NCBI RefSeq assembly: GCF_006345805.1
Contig: NC_042998.1
Span: 111,910,001 to 111,974,000 of the forward strand
Reading direction: 5' to 3'
DNA length: 64,000 nucleotides
Origin: Octopus sinensis
Taxonomy: Eukaryota
Below are positions 25,478 through 39,632 of the stretch, piece after piece; position 1 is the stretch's first letter, and each line of letters opens with the position of its first letter. The position numbers were made by a program, and so were the translations under genes. The notes under the pieces are model-generated. The model had not been told where the DNA came from. It saw only the letters and a list, made by a program, of their open reading frames with translations, and ran no database searches.

Positions 25478-25916
25478 TATTTTTGTTATTTTTTATTTGC
25501 CCTGTCCGTGTGAGCTAACAATCGTACTGACTTTCATGGGAAACATGTATTTTTGTGGTTGAAACCTTTTGGATTAACTGGTGCTAGAGTGAGCCATATA
25601 GTGACCACTCTCTTATATTTATTTTGTAAAAATATTGTAATATATTATAAAATATTATAATAATCCAGGTTTCAAGGAGCACTAGGCCACTTGGTGTTGA
25701 ATAGATATACTATTAAATTAGTATCTAATTCTCTCACCCTTATTAATTAATTATAATTATGCTGCATTTATTTCTAAATGCTGTATTTGTTTTCCGTGAA
25801 AGTTTGGCGCGCTGTTAGTTGGGGCATTTGAATTATAACGTCGGATGTAATCAATTGAACCACACGCGTATTTATCGTTATGGTAAAATCTGGCGTGTGA
25901 TTGAGTGGATTTCATC

Positions 25917-26012
25917 CAGATAGTTTTGGCTGACGAGCTACAAGTGGATTTTTTTGTAAGTAAAATTACATTTAATTCATTAATAGCGAAACAATTGTCC
26001 CAAAATAATCTG
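25917..26012 (+). ncRNA. Type I hammerhead ribozyme, copy 2
   Basis: Identical to copy 1; cut after 25999. Confidence 0.92.
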
Positions 26013-26450
26013 TATTTTTGTTATTTTTTATTTGCCCTGTCCGTGTGAGCTAACAATCGTACTGACTTTCATGGGAAACATGTATTTTTGTGGTTGAAAC
26101 CTTTTGGATTAACTGGTGCTAGAGTGAGCCATATAGTGACCACTCTCTTATATTTATTTTGTAAAAATATTGTAATATATTATAAAATATTATAATAATC
26201 CAGGTTTCTCGGAGCACTAGGCCACTTGGTGTTGAATAGATATACTATTAATTAGTATCTAATTCTCTCACCCTTATTAATTAATTATAATTATGCTGCA
26301 TTTATTTCTAAATGCTGTATTTGTTTTCCGTGAAAGTTTGGCGCGCTGTTAGTTGGGGCATTTGAATTATAACGTCGGATGTAATCAATTGAACCACACG
26401 CGTATTTATCGTTATGGTAAAATCTGGCGTGTGATTGAGTGGATTTCATC

Positions 26451-26546
26451 CAGATAGTTTTGGCTGACGAGCTACAAGTGGATTTTTTTGTAAGTAAAAT
26501 TACATTTAATTCATTAATAGCGAAACAATTGTCCCAAAATAATCTG
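26451..26546 (+). ncRNA. Type I hammerhead ribozyme, copy 3
   Basis: Identical to copy 1; cut after 26533. Confidence 0.92.
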
Positions 26547-26814
26547 TATTTTTGTTATTTTTTATTTGCCCTGTCCGTGTGAGCTAACAATCGTACTGAC
26601 TTTCATGGGAAACATGTATTTTTGTGGTTGAAACCTTTTGGATTAACTGGTGCTAGAGTGAGCCATATAGTGACCACTCTCTTATATTTATTTTGTAAAA
26701 ATATTGTAATATATTATAAAATATTATAATAATCCAGGTTTTCGGAGCACTAGGCCACTTGGTGTTGAATAGATATACTATTAAATTAGTATCTAATTCT
26801 CTCACCCTTATTAA

Positions 26815-27027
<213 letters not shown>

Positions 27028-27253
27028 CAGTAATCCTTCGACTATCACGAGTGTTACGCTCCAAAATCTCACACGATAGTTGAAAATCTGCGAAATAGAA
27101 ACTGAAACTGTACTGTACATTCTTTTTATTGTTTTTATAATTCGTGTATATTTATTTTATAAGTGCAAAACATCGATTCCTCCTCAGAGGAATCGGCGTG
27201 AGCTTAAATAATAAACCGTGATTAGTGAAACGCGATATGGCGAGTGATTCCTG
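27028..27253. mobile_element. pogo/Tigger-like MITE
   Basis: Imperfect TIRs CAGTAATCCTTCGACTATCACG / CGCGATATGGCGAGTGATTCCTG with TA on both sides. Confidence 0.65.
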
Positions 27254-27307
<54 letters not shown>

Positions 27308-27332
27308 TATATATACATACATACATACTACA

Positions 27333-27378
<46 letters not shown>

Positions 27379-27489
27379 ATATATATATATAACGGGAAGC
27401 TTTATGAAAATAGACAAAGGACGAAGGCAGGTGGAAAACAAACAAACAATTGTATTAGTATGGCGCTCAGGAAATATAAATAAAACAAG

Positions 27490-27527
27490 TCTTTAACGTT
27501 TCGAGCCTACGCTCTTCAACAGAAAGA
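27490..27527 (-). ncRNA. Minimal type I hammerhead motif in PLE tail
   Basis: UCUUU CUGUUGA A GAGC-GUAG-GCUC GAAAC GUU AAAGA; palindromic ACGU stem III; U replaces A6. Confidence 0.7.
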
Positions 27528-27989
27528 GACACAGAGAAAAAAAAACACAGAAAGAAGGAGAGAAAAAAATATGCGTGCAGTAACTAACGAATCAACATGG
27601 CGATCTGATTTCGGCCAGAAGTCAAAGATCAAACATGAGACGCGAGAGCGAAATTAGGGGAGATAATAGGGTTGAATGACCTACTCCAACATAAGGGTGT
27701 GTGTGTGTGTGTGTGTATGAGAGAGTATTAGTGCGTATGAGAGGTCTGGACGTGTGTATGTATATATGATGTGATGTGTAAAGTCGTGTGGTGTAGTGTA
27801 GAGAGAGGAGAAGAGGGGTAGGGGGAAGAGGAGGGGGAGAAGAGGGAGGAGGGGAGAAGGGAGAGGGGAGGAGAGGAGGGTGAGAAGGAAGGGGAGGAGG
27901 AGGGGAGGAGGAAGAAGGAAAGAGGGAGAGGGGAGAGAGAAGGGGAGTGAGGGAGCAGAGGGAAGGGGAAGAGGGAAGGAGGGAGGGAG

Positions 27990-30457
27990 TTATAGGGAAG
28001 AAGGGAAGGGGAGTAGGGGTGAAAGGATGAAGGACTGAAGAGAAGTAGGGGTCAGGGGGGAGGTAGGTGAGGAGGGGGGAGAGTTGAGACCAAATGGCGT
28101 ATAAGAGCGAAGAGAGAAGATTAATTCCTGTTCACGGCGCAAACGGAAATCCGGATGGCCTCTGTGTAAGGACAAACCGAACACAGACAGGTGTTGCAAG
28201 GAGTGACCGGTGGAGCGGAAATGGCGTGAGACCGGTGTGTCGTTCGCGAGGTGGATGTCACGAAGGTGTTCCGCGAACCGGTCAGCCAAGCGGCGTCCCG
28301 TTTGTCCGATGTGCAAGGAATGGCAGAGAGAGCAAGAGACGCAATAGATAATATTGCTGGAGGTGCAGGTGAAGGAGTTGATGATGCGATAGGGTCGATG
28401 ATGGGTGCTAGTGAGGAGGGTGGTGTTGGAGAGGTAAGGGCAAGTGCGGCAACGTGGGCGGGAGCAGGGGACCGAGCCAGGTTGGGAGGTAGGGTCAGGG
28501 AAGGAGCTATGGACCAAAAGGTCTCGGAGGTTGTGGGCTCGTTTGAAAGAGGGGAGGGGTCGGTTAGGGAAGAGGTGTGAAGTGGACGGGTCGGACTGGA
28601 GATGACGGAAAGCTCGAAGAATGGTGCGTTGGAGAGGTAGGGTAGTGGGGTGGTAAGTGAGGGGAAAAGGGAGGCGGGAGACTACAGGGCGGGTTCGGGG
28701 AGAGAGAGCAGATACACGGTCCACGGACCGTGCTCTGGCAAGGGCGGTGTGGATAGTGGTGAGGGGGTATCCACGTAGGTGAAGTGGTGAGCCATACGTT
28801 GAGACTGAGTCTCAAAGTCATGGTCGTCACTACAGAGCCTACGTAGACGGAGGAATTGGGAATAGGGGATGGAAAGCTTGGTGTGTTCTGGGTGGGAGGA
28901 AGAGAAGTTAAGGTATGAGTGTGAGTCTGTGTGTTTGTAGTGAATGGAGGTGGTAAGAGTGGAGTGAAGAATGCTAACCGAAATGTCGAGGAAGGAGACA
29001 GAGGTGTTGGAGATAGTGGAAGTGAAGCGGAGGGCTGGATGGAAAGATTGGACGAAAGAGAGGAAGGAATCTAGATGTTCACGGGAGAGTGAGGTGGCAC
29101 CGATAATGTCGTCAATGTAACGACCATATAGTTCAGGAGTGGGACCAGTGAAATTAGAGAATATTTGGGCTTCAACATAGCCAACGAACAGTTTCGCATA
29201 GTTGGGGCCCATTCGCGTTCCCATGGCCACTCCCGAGTCCTGATGGTAGAACTCGCCCGTGAACGAGAAGCAGTTCAGAGTAAGGACAAGTTCGGCCAGA
29301 CGAATGAGTGTGGAGGTGTCAGGTTCAGGGTTGGAGCGGAGGTCAAGAAAGTGTTGAAGAGCCTGCAGTCCTTCGTGGTGAGGGATAACAGTATAGAGGC
29401 TTTGGATGTCCATAGTAAAAAGGATTTTGGAGGAGCCGGGAGGAAAGGAGAAAGAGTTGAAAAGCCGGAGAGCATGGTTGGTATCGTGGATGTGGGAGGG
29501 AAGAGATGCCACTAGGGGGGCAAGGACACGGTCGAGGTATTTAGAGATGAGCTCCGTGGGGCAGTTACAGGCGGAGACGATGGGGCGGCCAGGGTTGTTG
29601 GGTTTGTGGATTTTGGGGAGGAAGTAATGGTGGGGGTACGTGGGGTTTGCACAATTAGGTTGGATGCGGTGTGGGGGAGACGGGAGGACGAGATGATGTC
29701 GCGGACAGTAGAGGATACCGTCAGTTGGTAGCTACGTGTGGGTTAGAGGGCAGAGGGGAGTTGAAGGAGGTGTCATTGAGTTGGCGGAAAGCCTCGGCCC
29801 TATAGAGGTCCGCGCGCCACACCACTACAGCTCCACCCTTGTCAGCCGGTTTGATGATAATGTCAGCGCGCCGTAGGAGGGAACGAAGAGCCAAGAGCTC
29901 AGCCGGGGAGATGTTGAGGCGGCGTTGGCGCCTGGAGAAGTTGAACCGCTCCAATGCACGCTGACAAGCGACCGCGAAAAGATCCACTGCTAGGAACTGG
30001 CCAGGGGCAGGCGTCCACGGGGATAGTCGGCGGCCCAGGCCAGTGAAGCAGTCCTCTTCGTTGGGTGTGGGTGGTGAGTCATGGTAATGCGCACCCAACC
30101 GGACGCGGCGCACAAAGCTGTGGACATCAACTCGCGTCTGGAATTCCTTACAGGATGGAGTGAGGGGGATGAAACGCAGACCCCTACTAAGGACGGAGCG
30201 TTCAGCCGCAGAGAGGGGAAGATCGGGGGGAATGGTAACAACAGACGGAAGTGGAGAAGGGGTGGGTGGAATAGAAGTAGGAGGGGTGGTAGGTCTTGTG
30301 GAGGTCTGAGGGGGAGGGATTGGGGAGGTGTGTGGGGGGTGGTTGGGGGCAGTAGGGTTAGGTGTGGGTGGATGGAGCCTATCGGGAGGGGAGAAGGGTA
30401 GTGGAGGAGTTGGGATAGTGGCGTCGGGTATGGTGGAATGGAGGAGTGATTGGAGTT
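27990..30457 (-). pseudogene. PLE ORF: RT plus GIY-YIG endonuclease, three frameshifts as assembled
   Basis: LSRGLRFIP, IKPADKGGAVVVW, LPKIHK..GRPIVS, TMDIQSLYT, GVAMGTRMGP, RYIDDI, FLDI, NIIYC..CSLC..HIGQT..RFAEH..SRHF; shifts near 29740, 29630 and 28778. Confidence 0.9.
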
Positions 30458-33409
30458 TATACATATATATATATATACATGCATATATATATATTTAACA
30501 ATAATTTCATGCATGTGTGTGTGTGCTTGCATATACATAAACAGAACGTTTAAGGAATTCAGTTAATATACTTGGATGCTGGAGAGTCCAGGAGACATCC
30601 GTGAACACTTGTCAGTGCCCTTCCCTAAAATCATCACCTCATTCTTCGATTGCATCACTTCATAAAGTTTAGCATCGTTATAGCTATCTTGGCATTTTAC
30701 TAGGATTTCTCTCTCTCTCTCTTTTTTACTGTGGTATATAAGAATAACTTTGCACAGTGAAGGGTGAGCGATAATAGTTTTGCAATGGGCTGTCAGATAT
30801 GTCCGATTTAGAATACTGTGTTGATTTCAGATTCAATTAAAATTCTAATCAGTTGTTCATTAAAATCATACCCGGTGTAGGGCGCTACATAAGATCAGAT
30901 TTATATTTCCGAGACCAAATTCTTTATATATAAACCATTCTTCGGGAAAATACCTGATGGTTTATATTTTCAGAATACTTCCAACATTTTAATTCGTTGA
31001 CATAGGGTTCATACCACCATTTTTAATGTTATGCCTAATTAATTGATTTAGAAAATGACAAAAAGAATTTTAACGGAATTTATCATATTCAATTGATTTA
31101 TTTTAAAAAATCCCATCTGCTGGTTTTCATTAAAATGGGTGCTTTAATTTGTTAAAAAGTTTGCTACCAATGATAATTGAATCGTTTACCTATTGTAATA
31201 TTTTGCCTAGTCTTATTATTAGCCTTTCATGATGAGAAAATGATCACACATATTAATAGAATGTTAATAGTTATGCAGATCTGATTTCAAACACTTATGA
31301 ACGAAAGTGAAATCTTTAATTAAATATAGTATAAGGACAATATATCGCTAAAGTATCTGATTTGTAAATCACCAAACAGACCTAAAAGTAAGTTATATTG
31401 GAGAGAATGTTCATGTAAAGGTTATATTACATTGATTAAAATGCTGGTGTCTAATGAAGTAAATTATTTCTCTGGTTTTAACGAGGTTTTAGTTGAGGAC
31501 TTAACCAAAATATAAATTATTTATAAACGAATTAATTGATAAAATCATCGCATAACTAATGTGCTTGTGTTTGAGATGTTTATTTTTTCCTATAAGCAAC
31601 TAAGAATTCAAACATCCCTTTTAAGGATAATTCCTATTGTCCTCACAGCTAGCAGAAGCTTTTATAAAATAATCGAAGACTGTTTTTAACAACGAGCAAC
31701 ATTTATATAAATAATTGATGTAGAACATAATTCAGTGTTTTCAACATTCAGAAATACAAACACAAGTATTATGTTTAAATGCCTTCTAATTTAATTTTCA
31801 TGATATCTGAAACTGCAAATTGGTTTAACATTAGTACCCTTCATCAAAATAATTACGAGAAAATACATTCACTTACATATGAATGATAAAGATGTATGCT
31901 ACCAAAATGTGTCAACTCACTCCTTTAATGATCAGTGGGAAATGCATACTGATAGCAACAGGAGGCTCTCGAGACTTCATTTATGTCAATTGTGGAACAA
32001 AAGAAAAATTACATAGAACATATATTAAATTAAATGCTTCAAGACGGAACTATAAACTTTAAACTTTAAAGATGACTATCGTTTGAGAAAGCACTTGTCT
32101 ACTGGAAGCAACAATCCGAAATGAAGTGGTGAAATGGTGCAACGTTTTGCTGCGCATAAATGGTGTTCTTTTTGGGCGAAATAATTTTGTGAAGCAACAT
32201 ATTTTACTGGAAAGGAGGGCAAAATATTGCGCAACTATTGTGGAGGCAGCACCAGACTTTTCCGACGTTAAGCATATATCCTTTTTTAAAGTTATGTTCA
32301 TTTAAAGAACACCAAGTATAAGGTACAAGACAGATTTCTTAAGTTCACTGATTATATCATTAAACAGAGGGAAGAGTTTGCTCAGTTGATCATGATCAGT
32401 ACATCATTCCTCTAATTGATGGGACTGGACAAAAACATGGCAACAGTGCCGACAGGGAAGTAAAACGGTGCTCAAATGAAAATACCATTGCAGTACTCAG
32501 TAACAACGTCTAATCCCATTTGCCTATTGGAATCTTAATGTATGTGGAAGTAGTGCAGGAAAACATAATATATCTTAGAGAGTAAAACTGTTTTAAGGAT
32601 TTTAACTTGTCTATGTAGAGCTATAAGCAATGTGAATTTCTAAAAAGAAAAACAAAAAAAAAACAGCAGAGCATGTCGTAAGCCACGTGGTTAAGAATCT
32701 CATTTTACGTTCTTTTAACTTAACTGTCAATGAGGTCTTAGAATATCTAAAAAAATGATGTTCCTTCATTGCTAATGTCAGTTTTCTGATATAAAGTGTT
32801 GACTCTTGTAGATATATGCCACTGGGTCATTCAAGATAGATGTAATGGATATTAGGTGCAAAGGTATGCACCTTAAACTACTGAAATTCTCTTTGAAGAT
32901 TTAATGAAATTACAAAACAAGTAGAAAAGGATCTAAAATGGTCGTAAAGTGGTGTCGTCAGATTTTGAGATGGTCTTGTTAGAAATTTGCAAACAAAAAA
33001 GAAATACAAAAATAAAGAAAGCCAGAATATTAAATTTCATCTGTTTCTTAGGCTTATAGCTTCAATTTGTAAAGAATACTATCTGTTCTAGTTCGCATGG
33101 AATTAATCATTTTCTAACGTTTTCTACTGTTCATATTAAAACTCTCTGATATGTTTAATTATATTTTCATAATCATACGCCAATAACAACTCATTTTGTT
33201 CTTATTTTATCAAAATCACATCTTTTTACAAAGAAGAAAAACTGATATTTCGAAACTTAATATTGTGCTGTTATCTTTATTCTAAAGACTTAATTGAGGA
33301 TGTAAGACCTTGCATACTTAATTGTGAGAATGGATCCATACCTGGCCAAAAGTGCCCAATAAATTTCCCCCCGTAAACCCCACCATATGTGTGTGTGTGA
33401 GTATGTGTG

Positions 33410-33568
33410 TATCTATGTATGTATGTATGTATGTATGTATGTATGTATGTATGTATGTATGTATGTATGTATGTATGTATGTATGTATGTATGTATGTAT
33501 GTATGTATGTATGTATGTATGTATGTATGTATGTATGTATGTATGTATGTATGTATGTATGTATGTAT
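33410..33568. repeat. (ATGT)n microsatellite
   Basis: Read directly from the sequence. Confidence 0.95.
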
Positions 33569-35384
33569 ACAAATGTACATGCAAATACAGCTGGCTTCTG
33601 CAAAATTTTCCTCAACCAAATACTAACATGGTAATGGGTAACCCGAGACTAAAACAGAAGGACTTTGTCCATGGTGTCGCCAAGAAAAATCGAACCCATA
33701 ACTATGTGATCGCCAAGCGGGCAACTAATACTATATGAAATAAACGTAAATGAAAGTAACTGTTTCTGTGTGTTTTAAATTACTCTTTCTATGTGAAAGC
33801 ATACAACACTGCAACAGATAACCAAAATCCCAAATATGACCCCTTCACATCTACTTATCAAAATTAAAATTTTGATAACTGATATTCTGGACTTAGGAAA
33901 ATTTATACGAACCAACTAATAAAAAATGATTATGCAACCACTTAGAGAGTTAACATGCAATATATATTTTTTAATTAGAAAGATGGTATTTTTAATATCG
34001 GATTACTTCTGTAGTTAAGTTAGGGTCAACATAATTAACGTACAGAGCATTAAAATGTTAATTAAAAATAATTATGCTATTAGATAAATAACGTTATTTT
34101 AATGATTTTGCAAAGTACGGGAGACAAATCTTGATATGTTTCGGTCTTATTTGACCACCTCAGCTAAGAATACATATCACCATACATACTGCGTTCATAT
34201 TAAAGATTAGAGAATCCAATATACAGATAGGTAGTATCATACACGAACATTAACATTTTTTTTAATGTAAATATATCACTGATGTTGAATACAGAGAAAA
34301 GCCATCTTCACGAAGAACAATAGTTAAGTTATTGTTAACATATGTAGTATGGTAAAATTCAACACTCAGACAAGAAATGCCTATGTGGCTAAGAGAGGAC
34401 ATTATGTCAAATATTAAAATTACTTTAAGCATTTCATCGAGTCAATGAAATAACCCCGTACATGTTTGCCAAATTCGATAGTTTTATTAATATTTCTTGA
34501 ATAATTTTCACGCCGTCTTGTACTGGGTGTTCTAGGTAGGTCAGTTAGCTGTTTCTGAAACATATTTATGAGTTTGTTTATGGGAAAATTAGTCTATTAA
34601 CTCGGTTACATATGTCGGATAATGTACTTCCACAATAAATCGTGTTATACATCTCTGTAGGCCCGCGAGTGCGTGTGCGTGAAAGACAGAGAAAGAGAAA
34701 GAAAGAGGAGTGTGCGTGTGTGTCTGTGTATTTGCGTGTATGTAGTAAACTGTTTAATCGTATATATGCATAAGTATATGAATTTGTACACATATATAAA
34801 AACATACACACACACATATACAAATGACATACATAAATATATACATATATAAATATACATATATAGAATGTGTATGTATATATATACACACACACACACA
34901 TGTACGCTAACACATACATATATGTATATACACGTATGTGTGTGAGTGTTTGTATGCTTATGAATGTGTATGCGTGTGCAGAAGCGCATGTGCGCGGCGG
35001 CGGTTTGCGTGGGCGTATTATAGAAGCGTTAATGCAAGAAGATAAATGAAGTGAAAAGAAGATTTTATCATAAAAGCTTTAATGAAAACTGTGAAATTAT
35101 TGTTTATCACACAGGATCTATATTTCTCTCTAATTACCTTTCATTATCAACATAATCAACTACGAACAACAGGAAATCGAATTAAACTATTTTCGTCATT
35201 CGTTCGGGAAAATTATAGATATATAAAATTTATCCGGTATGGCCTGCTAGTTAAGAAGTTAACTTCCTAATCATCTGTTTCCGAGCCGAGTTATCAAATT
35301 TGAACAGATAATTAGATTCTTCTGTTCCATGTATTGAGTACACCTACACCTATTTGTATAATCAAACGTATACTCTTTACTATC

Positions 35385-35772
35385 TCTTTTACTTGTTTCA
35401 GTCATTTGACTGCGGCCATGCTGGAGCACCGCCTTTAATCGAACAACTCGACCCCGGGACTTATTCTTTTGTAAGCCCAGTACTTATTCTATCGGTCTCT
35501 TTTGCCGAGCTGCTAAGTAACGGGGACACAAACACACCAGCATCGGTTGTCAAGCAATGCTCGGGGAACAAACACAGACACACAAACACACACACGCATA
35601 TATATATATATACATATATACGACGGGCTTCTTTCAGTTTCCGTCTACCAAATCCACTCACAAGGCTTTGGTCGGCCCGAGGCTATAGTAGAAGACACTT
35701 GCCCAAGGTGCCACGCAGTGGGACTGAACCCGGAACCATGTGGTTGGTAACCAAGCTACTTACCACACAGCC
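35385..35772 (-). mobile_element. Full-length young SINE type A
   Basis: tRNA-like head GGCTGTGTGGTAAG..GGTTCCGGGTTCAGTCCC, central microsatellite and 3' body. Confidence 0.9.
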
Positions 35773-36207
35773 ATATATATATATATATCTTATGTTACAA
35801 TTAAATGTACGACTGCTACTGTTCAGTTCAGACCTCCAAGTAGATTATCATCATCCAAACTGCTTCCAGTATACAGGTTGAATAATTATATACTTAGTAG
35901 TGTTACTGCTTATGAAAAACGGAGCAGATGGAGGAGAAATTTAACTGCAGAAGTGAAACTTAGTTGAGTAACAAATGATATAAACTTATGTTTATCGTAC
36001 TTTATATATTTAGTTAGATACTCAGACAGACAGAGAGTCAGAGTGATACCTAATAATATTTATTGATCGATCGATTGATTGATTGAATCCTTGATTGATA
36101 GATGGGCAGATGTATAAATAGACAGACAGGTACACAGATAGATCGATAAAAGACAGACAGGCTGACATACACACACACACACACACATGCACACACACAC
36201 ACGCGCG

Positions 36208-36259
<52 letters not shown>

Positions 36260-36260
<1 letters not shown>

Positions 36261-36460
36261 TGTTGTATTTCGGGATGGTCATTTTTTTCTTTTTCCAAAT
36301 AAATACATGCTCTTTATATTCGTTCTTCACTCATTTATTACTGTTCTTATTTTAACTCATATCCATTGTCCAGAAATCTTTCGTCACACATCTGTGACCT
36401 CTTCAGCAACACTTTCCGGCTTCGTGGTGCTCTTGTTCCGCTTATTTCATTCATAAACAT
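36260..36460 (-). mobile_element. Short repeat-like insert between microsatellites with a hammerhead-like motif (PLE-tail-like)
   Basis: CUGAAGA G GUCACA-GAUG-UGUGAC GAAA GAUUUC at 36367-36412, followed by AATAAA. Confidence 0.5.
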
Positions 36461-36519
36461 ATTTGTGTGTGTGTGTATATATATGTATGTACGTATGTAT
36501 GTGTGCGTGTGTGTATAGA

Positions 36520-36665
<146 letters not shown>

Positions 36666-36791
36666 TGTTTCTTTATTGGCCACACAAGACTGAACACAGA
36701 GGGGACAAAATACAAAGTAGAGATTTTCATTTTGGGAAGAAGAAAAGAAGAAAAGAAGAAAAAAATGTGGGTAGAATTCCGATAAAAAAAA

Positions 36792-37790
36792 GGAGTGGCT
36801 GATCAATAGGGATCGTGTATCACAGAAATGTCAATGAAAAAAGGAAAACAGATTAGGTTTATCCGTGGAAAGAAAAGCTACGGAAAAGACCATGGGGACC
36901 TTGGGCAATAGTGTCATGCAGAAAAACACATTACAGTAAGTGGCTCTCTAATTTTCTTTTCTTTTTTTTTGGTTCATAGGATTATGCTCAAGCTGGCTCC
37001 GTCATTCACACGTGCCCTCCTTGCCATATTCACCCATCTTTTTTTGAAACATTCACTAGACAAAATTTCCCTCTCTACTCCCACCTTCCTCTTCAAGTGA
37101 TACTTGAAGAAGTTGATGAGAGATTGACCAGGGAAGAAAGTGTTTGTCACTTTCAGATGCGTCCACCATACACATTCTTTTGCCATAGCTACAAGTATGA
37201 TGGAAATGGCTCTTCCTTCCCGTTTCAAGGAAGGAGGCGCAACAATATTCACGATACACTCGGTTGATAAATAGACTCGTCCCACACGTGATACCAGTCG
37301 TTCGAGATAGACCCACAGGTCAGAAATGGTCGGATACTGTACGAGTACGTGCAGGACGGTTTCGTTGCTCTGACCACATACCGGACAGGTCGGCCCCGTG
37401 TTTCTCGAGCCATGTCTCTAGAGCTTATCCCGAACGGGTAGCGCTTCTCGATAGCGCTGCCAGACCCGGTATCTCTGGAAGTTGTCCATAGGTCCCGGCC
37501 TGAATGTCGTCTTGAACAGGCGGGTCAGGTATTCCTCGTACCCCTCCTCCACTGATCCTCTATAGAATGCATTGGTTGAGTTGAAGTCGCTCAAGGTCGA
37601 CCCGGGACGGCATAGTTACTTGAGAGCAACGCGACACTCGCGGTGCCATTCGCCCTTCCTCGGTCTCTTTTTGATCCACGACTGCAATTCGGTCATGGAG
37701 ACGAGCTGCGGGAAAGCGCGCCTTACAAACGGCGACCGCACCTGTTCACCGTCGTCTGCGTAGAGCCGGAGATGTCGCAGTCTAAGCGCG
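36792..37790 (-). mobile_element. Tx1-like LINE 3' fragment (zinc knuckle, C-terminus, 3' UTR)
   Basis: REALPVRDKL, CPVCGQSNETVLH and AMAKECVWWTHLK..FFKYHLKRK..RWV. Confidence 0.85.
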
Positions 37791-37908
<118 letters not shown>

Positions 37909-39318
37909 TAATGTTAGTGTTGTCAAGAATGGATAACGATAAACATTTATTTAGGACTCAATACTTTTTTTCCTATTTTCAATTGATTCTCACCTTTCAA
38001 AGACAAAAACGTGTGACTTATTTCTGCTGGATATATGGAAGTGGTTTGGTATGGTTCATAAGATTTGTAAAATATTTATAGAAAAGGGAATAAAATACTT
38101 AGTATGAACCGAAGGAAGTGGCATGTGAAAAGAATCAAACATGTAGCTTTATTTCATCTGAGATGAAATGAAATAACGATTTTCAGATATTAAAACCGTT
38201 CTTTGTAATATTAGTGCCGGTAGTTGAAGAAAAGAAAGAATCAAATCCTGTTGGAAAGACATTGCCAATATGACTTACATTTCTTTTTGTTCAATCTGCA
38301 ATCTTAAGTCAGGAAAATAATGCAAACATGCCCGGGTGCTTAAGTTACTTTTATAACGATGTGGTTCCAAGGTTTATCCCATTATGTGGTACCTTGGCCA
38401 AGTGTCTTCGTTCATAATTTCGGATGGGGTGACTCATGCATTTTTTAATTGAAAATGAGGAACCAGAACATGTGCAGAAGTCCATCACATAGGCTATCTC
38501 ATATCGAGTGGTACACTTAATATGTTGCACGGTTCCCCACCACGGCTTTGTCTTTAGGTATCTTTAACCGTGTTTAGGGTTTCTTCCATCTTTGTACCAA
38601 CAGTGTTATCAACTCTGCATAAAATCTCTTAAGCGCTGCTTTTCCTAAACTAACTAAGTCATTGTCTTTCCGAATAAAGATTCAGTAAACTTTGGTAGAA
38701 GGCATAAGGTTCTTGTAGATAATTATCTACTACAATTAAGATCAAAATTTGTTGTGTGTGTGTAACGAAAACTTTCAAGGTAAGTAATCAAAGGTGACTT
38801 CTTCAATGACCTTTCATGAAGTACTTTCTCAACAGTTCATGTGCAGTAATTGCTGTGGTTAACGTAACGCATTGTTTATAAACAGATTAATTCTGTTTTC
38901 TATAAATGAACGAAGTTTTGATTTTGGATTTAAAACATTAGCATAAAAGGTTAATGACTGATTTCATAAAATTCTGTTCGTACACTGATTATGAATAAAA
39001 AACATGAATATGTAAGTGGTAGATATAAAGGAGAAAGCTAAGAATAAATAAAATATGCACCCCTCTTTCTTTCTCTGTGGGTGTGTGTGTGTGTGATGCG
39101 CATACACACACATATGTATATATATATACATATATATATATATATAATATATATATATATAAGAGAGTAACCACTATGTGGTCGACTCTAGCACTAGAAA
39201 TAGATCCGCTAGGTTTCAGCCACAAAGAATTGTTTCCGATGAAAGTTAGCACGACTACTAGCGCAAACGAACAGGGCAAATAAAAATATATATTTACACA
39301 CACACACGCACACACACG

Positions 39319-39381
<63 letters not shown>

Positions 39382-39384
39382 ATA

Positions 39385-39632
39385 AGTACTTTCTTGAGTC
39401 CGAGGACTCCTGGAGCCAGTTACCGGATTTTCATGGCATACAAGTGACCGTGATCACACCATTACTCCTGAAAGGGACGCCATTCCTTTGCAGGCTTACT
39501 CAGTTTTCACAGCAGAGTAGACTGAAGCAACGTGGAAAGAAGTGTTTTGCTCATGAACACATCGCACTCCCTGGTCTGGCAACCGAAACCACAATCTTGC
39601 GACCGTGACTGCAACACCCTAACCATTAGGCC
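39385..39632 (-). mobile_element. tRNA-derived SINE, third type
   Basis: Head TGGCCTAATGGTTAGGGTGTTG..GTGGTTTCGGTT, then core GAGCAAAACACTTC. Confidence 0.7.

Larger units (their letters stand above)
27391..30457 (-). mobile_element. Penelope-like retroelement (Neptune-like), 5'-truncated, with 3' tail
   Basis: RT and GIY-YIG frames, Cys-rich linker (CSRPRCRTC), pyrimidine-rich tail with hammerhead motif, (TA)n at both ends. Confidence 0.92.
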
